In this document: piece by piece, positions 37,538-50,895 of the stretch
Numbering within the stretch: position 1 is the stretch's first letter
Layout: the number at the start of each line of letters is the position of its first letter
DNA from: Marsupella aquatica
Lineage: Eukaryota; Plantae; Marchantiophyta
Direction: 5' to 3'
Length of the DNA stretch: 64,000 nt
Assembly: GCA_973895155.1 (NCBI GenBank)
Contig: OZ316899.1
Span: forward strand, 6,637,241 to 6,701,240
Translations under genes and position numbers: made by a program
The notes under the pieces: model-generated
The model's database searches: none
The model's input: only the letters and a program-made list of their open reading frames with translations
What the model was told of the DNA's origin: nothing

Positions 37538-38191
37538 TTAATCATCCCAGGCTTCATCGTCATCCTCATTATAAGGAAGTCTTAACTGAACAATGACTTG
37601 GTACCTATTCAACAAATTTTCCAAACAATCAACTGTATCTGTCCACGGTGTTTCTACCAAATGTAATTTGTTCAGAACCTCCTCATATCTTTGTTCTTCC
37701 TCGGGTGTAACCCGTGCAATTGGAATCTTGTGTTTATTTAAGAAGAAGTCTAAATCATATTCCTCTTCCATTGGCTGCAACCTTACTCCTTCCATCCACT
37801 TCCTTTTTAGCACTAGGATATTAACCAAACTTGCTATTGGAGGTAGATCTGTTGTCCATTTGAATGAAATTTGGCCACTGATAGGACGCTCCCTTCTTAT
37901 CACCTCCCAACCCTCATTGCAGTGATCTCTTAATTGATCTATTAAATGGCATTGAGCCAAGGTCATCACCGGCTTCTCTTTTCCTAGCAGATGATTTGAA
38001 TTCTCATAATAATGCTTCAATACATGTTCAAGTTCAATCCCCCAATTTGGATTTCCACTTAAATGTCCCAATGCTGATATCAATTCTCCTTGTGCATCTG
38101 CCTCTAAAGTTTCTTCCTCCAATTGGTTAGCAACTATAAATTCCAGAATGATAATCTGGTCAAATTCGTGGTCTGTTGTGGCCGTTACCAA
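37538..38191 (-). CDS. Hypothetical ORF (217 aa) between the PBS and gag of Gypsy 3
   Basis: Open 217-codon frame with ATG, same strand as gag-pol; no recognised domain. Confidence 0.35.
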   Translation of the reverse strand: MVTATTDHEFDQIIILEFIVANQLEEETLEADAQGELISALGHLSGNPNWGIELEHVLKHYYENSNHLLGKEKPVMTLAQCHLIDQLRDHCNEGWEVIRRERPISGQISFKWTTDLPPIASLVNILVLKRKWMEGVRLQPMEEEYDLDFFLNKHKIPIARVTPEEEQRYEEVLNKLHLVETPWTDTVDCLENLLNRYQVIVQLRLPYNEDDDEAWDD

Positions 38192-39005
38192 TTCTAGGAG
38201 CCCATCAACAGTTCGCTTGAAGACAAAGATCTAATCAAATAGAACATTAGTGGTCCAGGATTTGAGAGGAACTAAATCTTTACCCCAATAATAGCTTTCT
38301 CCCAAACCATCCTCTTGTCTTCTCTTCAGTATTGTGGAGCGACCTTGTGCACAATTACACTTAATGGTGTAGGTCTGATTTTCCCTAGACCTGATTTGGG
38401 CTCGTTCTCTCTTTCCCGGTCTGTGCCGCCTTACCATTGGTGAAACACCAATCCTTTAGACTCAATTGTCTCTTATTTCACGCTCCATTCTTTCTAGATT
38501 CCTTTTGGAGTCTATAATCCCTCATTCTCATTATTCTTCTAAGTCTGCCTCTTGACAATGTTTCACCAATGATTGTCTCCTCTCCCAAATTTTCCTCAAT
38601 GATTGGTAATATCAATCCCGGAGCATTGTCCAATGAAAATGTTCTAGTCTGGAATGAGAAGTCTTGCCCAAAGGTAGGCATCTCCATGATCAGCAATTTT
38701 GCAATCGTCTCAATCTTCAAAATGTTGATTCACAACTCCTAGGATCCTTCTCCCATAAATGTTTCATACATCTTATGGGTAAGCTTGAAAAATGAAGAGT
38801 TGTGGATCCCATTTCCTCCAATCAGAATAAATTCTCTCTCCTTGGCACCCTTTGCCTTTCTTCCTAGTATCAAAGAAGTCTTGAGTTAGGGAGATAACTT
38901 CCCCACAAGAACATTCTTGGGGTGGCTTCTCTCCCCCATCAAATCCATTCTCCTTTGTCTGGCATTAACGTCCTTTTCTTCTCCAATCTCTCAATGTCAG
39001 GTTGC

Positions 39006-39023
39006 TCCCCGGGAGCGGCGCCA
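39006..39023 (-). promoter_or_regulatory. Primer-binding site (Athila-type, tRNA-Asp-like) next to an LTR end at 39027
   Basis: Minus strand reads ...CTACTCTACA-TTT-TGGCGCCGCTCCCGGGGA, close to the Athila consensus TGGCGCCGTTGCCGGGGA. Confidence 0.75.
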
Positions 39024-39080
39024 AAATGTAGAGTAGGGTCAAGGAAATATGAACTACTTTCCTCTTAAACAACCAGAGTT

Positions 39081-39560
39081 CGAGGAAAGCTACATCATCA
39101 GTTATCAGTGTTTTCCATCAGTCGACCTGATATCAATCGCCATGTCATCTTAGAGAGGCCGTGAGGTTGAGGTGCCGAAAAAAATGCCAAAAAAAAATTT
39201 GAAGTTTTTTCTCAAAATTTGATGGAGAAAAAAATGAATTTTTTTCCCACTATTGGGTGTCCGTACCGTACGGATATCACATCTCGGCAAGGCTCGTCGA
39301 GATAATTTGATGTCCGTACGGTACGGACGCCAAATTTCGTCAAATATTTTTTTTGGAAATTTTTTGGGGGGAATTCTTCAAAAAAAAATTTCCGTTTTTT
39401 TTGTCCTTACACCGATCTCGGCGAGGTCAGCTGAGATTGACTCAATCTCAGCTGCCCCAGCTGAGATGCGCAAAAATGCAAAGGCCCTATCTCAGCTGCT
39501 CAGCTGAGATTAAGAAATCTCAAGGCGACAAAACTGATAACTGATGATCCTTGCTACCCC
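39081..39560. mobile_element. MITE family 2, copy B (480 bp), inserted in the LTR starting at 39027
   Basis: Perfect 8-bp TSD CCAGAGTT (39073-39080 and 39561-39568); subterminal inverted ATCATCAGTTATCAG; ends ...CTACCCC; shares internal palindromes with 33977-34517. Confidence 0.88.
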
Positions 39561-42500
39561 CCAGAGTTTGTTCCCGTTAAGAGCTTGTGAGACCTAAAAG
39601 ATTGTATTAACATACTTTGAGATAGTTAAGCCAACCTATCTCATATTTCAAGCCTTTACCGACATGCTTAGGTCAGGTGGAAGGAATTTGTAATACATCT
39701 TTAGGTATTGTGATGTTTGCATCATCAACAGTGCAATAATAAATCCTAAAAATATAACAAAACAACCAAAAGCCGGAGGCGTAAAGAGAGGATTGGGCGA
39801 GCCTTAAATGTCTATTCTCCTCTCGCCACTTAGCAATCTAGCCTCCTTTCTCTTAGCCTCCTTTCTCTTTGAACATTGCACTTCAGGCTTTATTGGAGTC
39901 CCACTCTGAGGATTTGGCTTCTTTGGGGTTAAACCCTTTGTATTGTTGGGGGCCATTTTTCTTTAGGGTTTTTTAAGGGGGATCCCCCGCGATCCCCAAC
40001 CCTCGCCCATCACTCCCCTCCCTGTACACCCGTTGCTTGCCCTCCCGTGTACGCCCATTTTCAGCCAGCCGCAGCTGCGGCTAAGGGCGACGGATGGCGC
40101 TAAACCCTCTCGCCCAGGGTTTTTCCTCCCCGCCCATCGGCTGCCCGCAATATGCCCCCCCCCCCCCGCGCCTGGTCAACCGGATAAGACTTTTGATCTA
40201 CCTGGCATTGAACAACGAGCTACATTGAAAGCAAGGCAACCAGCTTGAATTGGCACCAATGCTGTAATTTGTGAGGTTTGATGAGTTATAATATGCTGAT
40301 CTTTCATTTTGTGTTGTCGTTTGTCTTCACGAACATTGAAACACTTTCTCACAATCATTCTTCTCTGCCACGAGTGACTCTTCAAAGCCCTAAAATTATT
40401 TGATAGTCACGCCTACTACGATTACCGCCTTATTAGTGAGCTAGAAGCAAATCTTTTGCAAGATGAAGCAGGCCAAGGAAGGGTCAGCAAAGTTGGAGAA
40501 TCGGAAACTCCAGCTATAAAACACATATTCCCGGGTGATCGCTACAACAACGAACGTTCACAAACACGTCCTAAAGTATCACAATATTGTCACCAATCCT
40601 CACTTCCTTATAGAATACAATGGTTTCTCCGTGGATTATTTGGTGCACAGTGACACGAGGGGAAGAAATGATGAAGAAGCAAAATATGTTTTCAAAGGCC
40701 TAACTCTGTAAATCCAAGCTCCCAGTTCACAAATCCATCTTATTCCACTACGTACCATGACCGAAATCTCATACCCTAAAAAGATGCCCTGCAGCTCCCA
40801 TACACTACTTTGTCCCAAATTACAGATCCCGGCTCTTACACAAACCTCAAGAAAAGATAAACCCAGGACCTGATCACCTCTTCTGCTTACTACGACCGTG
40901 TCCCAACAGGGATTCCAAAGACGAAGACAAAAGAAAATGCACTACGAGATGGGGTGAATAATCGACTGACAGCCAAGAATAGAAGAGAAAACAAAGAAAA
41001 CCCACCTTGCAACACTCACAAATGTTGTCGCCGGCTCTGCATTGTCACAACAACTTTCCGAAGCGCTCATTGTCTTTGCACGCCCTCACACCACTCAACT
41101 GTTGAAGCAATTACAAAGCTCATCGGAAAATAGATTCAATCTTGGCATGGAAGACCAAGTGCATAGAGGAATAACTAGAAGCAAGCGCAACCGGACTACA
41201 AAGCTAATCCTGGAATCGACAGTAATCTTACAATCAACTCAATCGGGCAAAAGATGAACGACAACAGAATTGTGAAGACATACTCTATAGACTGCATCCA
41301 AAGGACTACAATGGCGCTTCTCACAAAGCTAGTTGGAAACCGGACCCAACAGCGCATTGGAACAGATCGCAGCACAAAAAATTAAGACACCATATTTACA
41401 TTCACTAAAACAGACCAAAGGCAATAAAGGAGACGCACAAACGCAGACGATTCAACAAAGGAATATACAGGGCTATAGGCTAGATCTTACCATCAAGAAC
41501 GCTACTCCTCAACTTGAATTCCGATAATGCAGCCCGTGCGTCGCTGCCCCAATCCATAGCCCCTAACATTTCCCCTCTTCTTCCTCACAAACGGAGGACA
41601 AGCCTCACTGCCGACCTTTCTTCTCCACAGACAGAGACACAGAGCACCGGAGACAGCGAGTCAATCACGAGCAAAAGCAAGGAACGGCAACGAGCAGGAG
41701 GATCGACTCCTTCTGACTACGCCCATCCCCCATCAACTACGACTAGCTTTACAACAACCTAACTTGGCCGAATAGCTTTACGGACCCATACACCACTTAC
41801 CTTAGTTTACACAGTCTACTTACATTTACACTTCACCTCAAAAGAACCTAAAGACCACATAGTCTACTTAAACTTTACCTCACAAACCAATTACATTATA
41901 CTATAGAATAGGAGGGATGGTAACACTCTTTCCTCCCAAAAGAAAGTAGGGGAGGTTTTAATGAGGTTACACGCCCCCCCAATTTCTTCTCCTTTTCATT
42001 AGGCCATATCTTAAAGATACAACAATTACACTCCACATATATGGTAAACTTGTTGGTTGCACCATAACATGTTTCCACAGTACAACCAAGGGGGAGTGTT
42101 ACAACCCAAGGTTGAGTCTACCATTAACCTGGGTTAAACCTCCTCGGCCAAGCAGGAAAAATCTACTTTTCCATAGCGATTGAAGCTCGCAGTCTAATGC
42201 TTTAATCTACGTCCTAAGTGAAAGTTTGCGAATCGAGCAAGGCGACCCTATTTGAATATTTGGCGACCATCAGGCTCCACCCCTCCTTTCTCGCTATCGT
42301 TCCCACATGTGGCCTGTTGGTCTCTTCCCAATGTTCCCCTTTATCTTACTCTTTTAAAGGCATACCTCACAAGTAGAATATCCAGGTAAACTAAGAAATG
42401 ATGATATATCCCACATGGTATGTGTTGGGCGGGGTCAAATGGAATTAGATTGTGGTGTTAAACCCTAAAGTTCTCCGCATGTCTAAAGCTCTATTGTAGA

Positions 42501-44013
42501 GGGAGTGACTTAACAAACTTCATTCTTGTTGGCTGAACTTAGTTATAGTTGCAACTTCCACAATAGTTATAGAAATGACTTCCCAAGGATCCTCCAAAAC
42601 TCAGTCCAACACTTGTAACTAAAATGACACCCAACAACTTAGGAGTCACAAATTTTGGAAGGTCTCAATGGAGTCACTTAAGGCAGGGTCTCAGAATGGC
42701 CCGATTTCTTCTAGTGCATGCAAGCTCAATCCTGAAACCAAGCCCGGCTCACTCCAGATTGCGAGGTAGATTGGACTTGAACCAATCCTGTACTTACCTT
42801 GCAAACTGAATCCTGAACTCAACATCCTTCACTGCTCTTCATTCTTGGGGGCACATACAGATCTCACACCTCCATTTCAGAATGTCAAGTTACGCATGCA
42901 CAGTTGACTTGACTTCAAAGCTGGTACCAGGCCTAATGGCAATCTACCCCAGACTGCAATGAGGCCCGGCTTCACGCTTGCCCTGCAAGCTCAGCTCTAG
43001 CCAAAAATCCCTTAGTGCTCTCTACCAGACAAAGGCCGCGACTCCCCATGGATCACGTAGCCTTGCCAGACTGGACTATAAAGGCTCCTCTTGCTGCCCC
43101 TCAATCAGTGTCTTAGTCTCCCTAATGTGCTCACCGCAAACCAAATTGAAATCCTCCCCACTGTTTACAATCACAAACACATCACCTATCACCAAGGCTC
43201 TGTATCGGGGAAAAATAACCCAATTGTGTTGCATACTAGAAAGAGCCACAATCCAGCTTGCAAACCTGGCCAACTATTGCTGTGAAGCATGGCTGATTAC
43301 TCCCTGAGTAATAGCACAACCAAACTCTCCCCAACACATAGCTTCCAAGTCTAGCTTCTTGCACAAAGCTCCTCCTTGCTGCTCAATCTACATGAGATCA
43401 CACAACTTAAGCCCCCCCCCTTGCCTCTACCAGGGGGCTGCTCTATATACTCTCACATTGAGCCCAAATGGGTGGATGTTACGCTGTTGGAGCCCCATCC
43501 TAGCCCTAACAGAGCCACCACTATCTCTAACTATTGAACTCTAACTTGCGGCTTTATTTCTATCTTGAATTGGCTATGTACTCGGATTTGGCCATCCTCC
43601 ATAGTTTTTGCAAGCTTGCACCTCCTCTCCCAATTTATCTATTCAACCATTTGCTGCATGGATAGCAGCAGCGTTGGAAGCGGCTTGAGCTCATCTTTCC
43701 AACGAGGTCAATTATAGCCAATTTGGTCAAATATAGAGAAAATTATGCCCCCGCAACCGAGAGGGGGTACTCACTATTGCGCTAACCCAAGTTTGGCTAA
43801 CCTACCTATCCTATCTAGCCTGAGTAGAGGTGTCGAGTTAGGCCGCTACCCGCTACCCACTACCCACTAATCTCTATCCACTAACCTAGGCTAAGCTGAG
43901 CCCCAACCCGAGCTTACCTATGCTAATCCAAGCCCGAGTTTAGGCTAACCCGTGTTTAATCTAACGCAAGCTCAATCTAACCTAAACCCGGGTTAAGCCT
44001 AAGCTGAAGCCGT

Positions 44014-46045
44014 TGTCCTAAGGATAAGCAAAAAGGTGGGAAAGGTCTTGAGAAATACGTTGGGTGTATGATTGCTTGAGATAGTAGACGGTTGTCAACA
44101 AGACAACTCTAAGCAACAAGACTTCTAAACAACCAAGCATCACGAAAATATCCACCTCATCCATAGCCAAAGCAGAGTAACTCGTCCATTTACAAAATTG
44201 AGGAAGCTTCCTCTAACTCCTTTTGGGTTTTACTCCAAGTAGAGACAAACTTCTCCTCAATAATCAAATTAATATAACTATAGGCTTTTCTAAGTCGAAA
44301 GTAGGTCTCCATCAAGACCCTCATAGCAAGTAACTCCAAGTAGTATGTATAAGATTGCATCTCAACCCCTTTAACAAGTCTATCAAAAACAAGGCTTCGA
44401 ATTAGCCTATCTACTCTTATCCTACATCATCATAACAATTTCAAGAACTTCAACTCCCAAGCAAGCAAAGTCTCAACCATGGAGAAAAGCTCTTCCCTTC
44501 CCATACTCCTTACTTATCATCCTTCAATGTTTACTTCTCCCAAACTGAGTGGAAAATTGGCCAGTGCTTCTGCATAAGAGTGAAGCCAATAATTTTCACC
44601 TTACCTTCAATGTTCTAAATATTGGGTAAGGATTGCAACAAAGGTGCCCATTCCAAGTTAAACAGACCCCCAAGGCAAGACAAGTCCACACCGATAGGTG
44701 AATGAACAAGTCAATTATCAAGGCAGCTGCACTCAAGGTTAGGCAACACACCTCCAAGCACACATAAGCCCAATTCCTTCACATCTACTTCCCCAGGTAC
44801 CTCTTTCATCAAAGAAACTACCTCCCAACTCTCAACTAGGCCCTTCAAACATTAGACACCTAGAAGAGAGGAGCTATGGCTCTTTATACTCACAATCATG
44901 GCAATCTCTCTAGCCCACCTCCAAGCTCTCAACTCTGAAAAAGTGAGAATGAAGAATGATCCCCTCCTTCCCTCCAAGCTATTCCTTAAGCCCCTGGCAT
45001 GCCTCCCCCATCAGAATTTGCAACTTCCTCCTCCAATCCACTTCACTCTAACCAAGCACTTGGCAGCAATTGACTAGCAGCCCAACAACTGTCCGCCACC
45101 TCTCCACCATAATCCAGGCACTAAATCCAAGTGAATGTTGAGAAAATAGGGACCAGACAACAGCAAAACCATGAACCAATCTCAATCCAATCTAAACTCA
45201 AGCTCCAACCACACTCCAAGCCTCCCCAATACTTGTCAAGGCCTAACTTGCAGTCCAACTAGCTTTTGCCACCTCTATGAACTCAACCACCTGGTTAACC
45301 TTCACAAACAATAGCTCACCACCAAGGCAAGGCTTTTCCTTGTCTCCTAGCTTGAGTTGTCATACTCAAGCTTGAGCTTCATCCTTAGCCATGCCAATAC
45401 CAACACTTGTCTCCTCTTGAGTTGCTTGCAAATTGGAAATTGTCACCGTTTTGATTGTAACCCAATACTAAACCATAATTAAGTTTGAGCAAGTAGGGGG
45501 CAGTCAGCATGCCATGCATAACCTACCCCTTTCATACTCAAACCCCAAGCCGCCACCACATCATTCAAACAAGTAACTAGGGTTTTAACCCTTCAAAATA
45601 ACTCTCTATCTCCAAAATAAGCCCCATGACAATCAAATGATAAATAAATGGCTAAGACTAAGTCAAATATGCAACAAATGGAAGTCATTTCATCATCTCA
45701 ACCATTAGACCCAAATTACCGTTAATGACGTCAATGGTCAACAAATAATCTCGCCAACTCACTTTATTTTCCCGTTACTAAATATAGTAAAAGATGCAAA
45801 AACTTCTTTGTCATTGGTCCATTTTTGTCAAACTCAACTTCATTGGAAAAATGAACACCAATGGAATTTAGCCATGTGGAATTTGCCAACCAACTCCTCA
45901 TTGGCTTAAAACTACTCTCATAATACCATTTTTTACTTATCCATCCATAAAATGCAAAAGTTGCATGTTTATCATTTTTCTTTCTCTTCTTTTGCACAAG
46001 CCAAACATGAGGATTTTTCCCTTAGGAAGAAAACCTCATATGACA
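44014..46045. mobile_element. Solo LTR-like insertion (2032 bp)
   Basis: TGTC...GACA ends; 4-bp TSD CCGT (44010-44013 and 46046-46049); removal restores a local AAGCTGAAGCCGTGCTGACC tandem repeat. Confidence 0.7.
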
Positions 46046-46833
46046 CCGTGCTGACCTGAGCTAAGCTGAAGCCGTGCTGACCTGGGCTAAGCCGTGGCCA
46101 AGCTCACAAAAGCTAAGAAGTGGCCCAAAACTAAGTTGTGGCCAAGCTTAGGTTAACCCGAAACCAAAGCCGAATCTGCTAATTTTGACCACAAGTTAAC
46201 CCATCACACTAATCAAACCATATTTTTCTTAATACACCTCCGTTTTCCACGTGTTTTATATCTATTTTACTCACCTTGACCAGATCTTTTCAAAGCTCTT
46301 TATAGATCTAGATTTGGTGACATATTGAAAGAGATATGGTCACCGACCACCCGCAACGTAGCTTTGTATTTCCCTAACATTCTAAGACTAGACTATGAAC
46401 CACTAACCTAACACATGGAATGAGAATGCACACAAAAGACATTAAGATTTCATGATAAGAACAATCACCATACCACATAGCCTTTTCTTCAGTTGTGGAG
46501 ACTTGCTTCCCCAAGTTACCACCTATGCCCCTACACTTGCATCTTAGAGAGACCCCAAGCTCCATTGTGCTTGCCAGCACGGTAGTATGGTAGAGGAGGT
46601 GAATCCTCTTGTCCTCCAACTGCTTATTTGTGGCTTTGACAATGACTATCGCTGCTCTGTCTGCCTCAACTGTGTGCTCTTCAAGCTAAACTGTCCTAGT
46701 CCTACTCTAAATGCCATGATTGCTCTTATTCTTGCCATCTTGCCGATTGTTATGCAGTCTCACAGTTATTTACTGCATACAACATACCAATTCCATTGTA
46801 TTATTGAATAAGGACCATGTCATCAGCATCACA

Positions 46834-47080
46834 GTATAGCTTGAGGCCAACCTCCTTGAATCTCTGAAAAGTGACTCGCAAATGCTCCAAATGGTTCTCC
46901 TTTTTACCATAGACTGCAAAATCATCAATGAATACCTCCAAGAACTTCTGTAGAAAATCATGAAAGATGGTCATGATAATTGTTTGGAATGTCCCTGGTG
47001 CATTACATAGTCCAAACGACATTCCCCAAAAAGCAAAGACTCCCCACTCCGTAATGAATGCAATCTTCAACTGATCCTCT
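46834..47080 (-). pseudogene. Gypsy element 1 RT core (continuation)
   Basis: KIAFITEWGVFAFWGMSFGLCNAPGTFQ...VFIDDFAVYG...GLKL. Confidence 0.88.
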
Positions 47081-50000
47081 TGTGAGATGGTACTTATTTC
47101 TTAAAGAGAAAAGAAGGAAAGTCTTGAAATTTTTATTGTGTAAATGTTTATAATCCTACCTTAGAGGCCTCCAATGCAACTTTGAGACAATTAAGGAAGC
47201 TTAACTTGAAATTATTGTGTTCTAAATTTAAGTCGGAAACATTGAAGCTAGTTCAACCTCCCTAATCCATTTGGAAGGCTTCCCGATGTTTTCAATCCGA
47301 GATATTCTTATGAGAGAATGACATCATACCAAAGACCTGAAGAGTAAACCATGAATTTAGAATAGACTCATAGTCTAACCAAGAGGCCAAGATAGGTTGA
47401 CCAGGCCAAAAACCGGTTGAATCGGAATCTGAACCGGCCCAAATGTACCACCCTGTAGAAAATTGACCATAACTCTCAAACCATTTATCCAAATCAAGAT
47501 CTATAAAGTGTGTTGGAAATTTCTTTCTGGGGCAGATAAGATATATACAAAGAAGTCTGAAAATGGATTCAAAATGACCAACTTAAAATTATGAGACTCC
47601 AACCGGTGCAACCAAGAAATATCCAAGATTTTTGGACAAAGAATGTAATGAAGATTCTGAAGCATTAATTTCACACTATTAGACTTTCAAGATAACTTTG
47701 GACCAATAGGAAGTATGATCCATGGCAATGGACCTTAACCAATCAAAATGGTTGACTAAGTATGAAAGGATACTATGAAAAGATGTACCTATTCATTGGA
47801 AGATAGCTAGAGAGACTCGATCATCAAATTCTGATTACTCTTGCACTCCTACATTTTACCTACGCTAATGAACCAGCTACCGCCTTGTTGAATCTGGTTG
47901 AACCGGATTCTGATATTCCAAAGGAGGCTGAACTGGAAATATGTTTTTAGCCTTAGTTCCGACCATTTTTCGTCTTTTGTAGGAAAGGAATGAAGAGTTA
48001 TGCTCTCTCCTTTCATCTAGTGTAATTAGTTTTATCTAGTAAACCTCACTAATTTTGATATAATGAAAAGGCATGTGTTTTCGTGTATTTTTACAAGGGG
48101 ATCTCTCTTATATATAAGGGAGAGTTTCTTCCTTGACCCTCAGACTTAATACAATTTTCATGAATTATCTTTCAAAACTCTAAGTCTCCTTCTCATTGAG
48201 AAGTTTTACTTTAGCAATCTATGACTTTGTGTTTGGACATTAGTGTGTGACCACTCTTGCTAGAAAATCTAAGTAAAGTGACTAGCAATGCCATAATTAA
48301 CCTTTAGGCTGACTGGAAATGCATGCCTGAGATCATGCAAAGGTCTAAGGATTCATGTTAATTATGAAATACTTATGGTTTATTAAGTATTAGTGGAAGA
48401 TGCACGATACGAGAACTCACAAATTGCATAGACCTAAAATAGCAATCTGAAGGATTGAATAAAAGAATAAGATAGTTTGGAGTGATCATTATCACCTTTG
48501 CCTTGACATTGGTCAGAAAGTTAATACGGGCTACCTTATATGAATCTTTCATAAATTTGAAGATGGCTGGTTTGAGGATAATCATTAAGCATCAGTATAG
48601 ATGAGTTTTTACCCCAATAATTCTTAATGTACTAGCGCTGGTCATGAGTTACCATGTAGTGATAGATTGTATTATCAACTACGAGCCCCATGCCTGTACG
48701 TTGCACGAAAGATTTTGATTGAGAGCAAGATCCCGGGAGCAAGATATTGAGGTGATGGCAAGATTTTGAGTGAGGGCAAGATTTCAAGTGAGTGCTGGAT
48801 ATCCAGGTGAGGGCAAGATGTCAAGGCAAGGGAAAGATTTTGAGTGAAGGCTGGATGTCAAGCTGAACACAAGATTTTGATGTGAGGGCAAGATTTTGAA
48901 GGGCATGATGTCAAGGAGAGACGAAGATGTCGAGGAGAGGGTAAGATGCCAAAGCAAGGGCAAGATGTCAAGGTGAGGGCAAGATGTCAAGGAGAGACAA
49001 AGATGTAATGATGTCAAGGAGAAGCAAAGATGTTGAGGCAAGGGCAAGATGTGGAGGGGAGGGACAGGTGTTAAGAAGAGACAGAGATGCTGAGGGGAGG
49101 AAAAGATGTCAAGAAAAAGCAAAAATGTCAAGATGAGGGCAAGATGTCAAGGTGAAAGATGTCAAGGCGAGGGAAAGATGTCAAGACAAGGGGAAAGATG
49201 TCGGGGCGAGGGCAAGATGTTGAGATCAGTTAAGGTGGGTTTTGGATCATTAGAAATTGATTACAATCTATTGTTTTGAATGGAAGGCTAGGATTAGATC
49301 CTGCCATTTTTGGTTTTTGTAAGCGGACAAAGGACAAAAAGTGGCAGTATTCCATATTATAATGTAGATGTGAAAAAAAGTGAGTTGTGGATGGGGAGGA
49401 GAGATAGAAGTTACACGGTGAGGGAGTTTTTTGCTTATTTTTCCCAAGGTATTTGCTTGATGGGACCCCAGTGTGAAAAGTTTTACTTGATAGGACCCAT
49501 GAATGATCTGAAGTGATCCGGACCATTGATTGACCTTCAAACGCACTTAAAACTTCAGGGGTCCCATCAAGTAAAACTTTTCATTTTGGGGTCCCATCAA
49601 GCAAGTAACTCCTCTTTTCCCCATCCCCCATCCACAAATACCTTTCTCCAACCCTATTCATTTGCAAGATTGTGAGCAGAAGCAAAATATAGAAAAACTG
49701 CCCTATAGGAGGGAAAAGAAAATTGTCACCTTGTCCCAACAAAATGAAATGAAAGAGGAAAAAAAACTCCTTCTTTTTAGTTTCTTGGAAAAAATGAGAA
49801 GTGGTCAAACATTTTGAATGTTCATTCCCACTAAGAATGGTTTGACCCACCCAATTTCTCATCTCTTATTTTAAATGAACATATTTTTATTTTTTCAAGT
49901 AAGGGAGGAGCAAGCCCCATCAATTAAGAACGGGGGAAAAAACCACCCAGTCAAATTGAGAGAGCACAAAATCAGGGGGGAGGGTGCCCCTAGGCCCTCC

Positions 50001-50895
50001 CCCTTTTTTTTAAATGAACATTCAAAAACAAATATTGAAACAAATAGAAATCAAGACACACAGGATCATCATGGTCTCCACTAGCTCTCGTAATGCAAAT
50101 AAATTATTAAAAAATATACAAAGCAAGACAAATGATCCCATGGGCGCTCTAAAGCTCACCAGTAAATAAATGCACATTATAAAAAATCAAATTATCACAT
50201 TTAAAGGAATCTTGTGCCCCACCTTAAGTAATTCTTGTACACTTACTTGTTCAAGCATGTACACCCTCCCTTTCCCTATGGCATTTTTAGGTCTAATGAA
50301 ATTTAAAAATAATATTTTAATTGGATGTATTTTTAAATAAAAGCTAGAGATGAGACACACTTTCCAATGTGCCTCCCTCACATGCCTAGCCATACCGTGC
50401 AATTCACATAATTATTGTCCTTATAATTACTCATCTCTATCCATGTACGCAACCATGTCTCCCATTGTTTTGAATGGCCCCCTTAACCTTCTCTTCTATG
50501 AATCTGATGGTTATAATTATACATAGGGTATATCTAATGATTACAAATCAATCCCGCTTTTCCACTTTTCCAAATTTGATGGGCTAGCATATTATAGTTG
50601 TAGATGACTCGCTTAATAATAGTTCTTCACGCCGTCGGCTTTTGGTTTTTTAACACTTTTTACCCCTTTTTTATTGCACTGTGGATGGTACAAACGTCAT
50701 AACTTCTATGGAAGCATCATAAAATTCCTTCCATAAACCTAAGCATGTTAATGAAGGCTTGTAACCTGAGTATGTTACTCAAAAGTACTCAAAGTATTAT
50801 AATACAATCTTTTAGGTCTCAATAGCTCTTAACGGGAACGAATTCAGGCTATTAAAGAGAAGAATAGTTATTCTTACTCTAAACCCTACTCTACA
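47081..50895 (+). mobile_element. Solo LTR-like insertion (3815 bp), related at its 3' end to the LTR at 39027
   Basis: TGTGAG...CTCTACA; 5-bp TSD CCTCT (47076-47080 and 50896-50900); its end is the reverse-complement homolog of 39027-39690 (shared GTTCCCGTTAAGAGCT..GAGACCTAAAAGATTGTATT). Confidence 0.85.
48715..49225. repeat. Degenerate tandem array, ~19-20-bp unit GAGGGCAAGATGTCAAG
   Basis: About 25 visible units. Confidence 0.85.

Larger units (their letters stand above)
18854..46833. mobile_element. 28-kb nested stack with LTR-like TG...CA ends inserted in Gypsy 1 RT
   Basis: Starts TGTCAAGC, ends GCATCACA; flanks GTGTA (18849-18853) and GTATA (46834-46838), a 4/5 TSD match; removal rejoins GLKL-HPCKCIFG. 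Confidence 0.7.

Noticed and set aside
39006-39023. tRNA gene
   Set aside because: Only an ~18-nt primer-binding site next to an LTR; no cloverleaf.
39880-43700. Possible host gene or LINE in the GC-rich 40-kb segment and following short ORFs
   Set aside because: No recognisable domain or consistent exon structure; a PPT+TG at ~42088-42098 suggests further LTR debris, but I could not define boundaries.
48784-49131. 115-aa Leu/Ser/Pro-rich ORF and many other short antisense ORFs in the track
   Set aside because: By-products of tandem repeats or shadows of TE coding sequence on the opposite strand.
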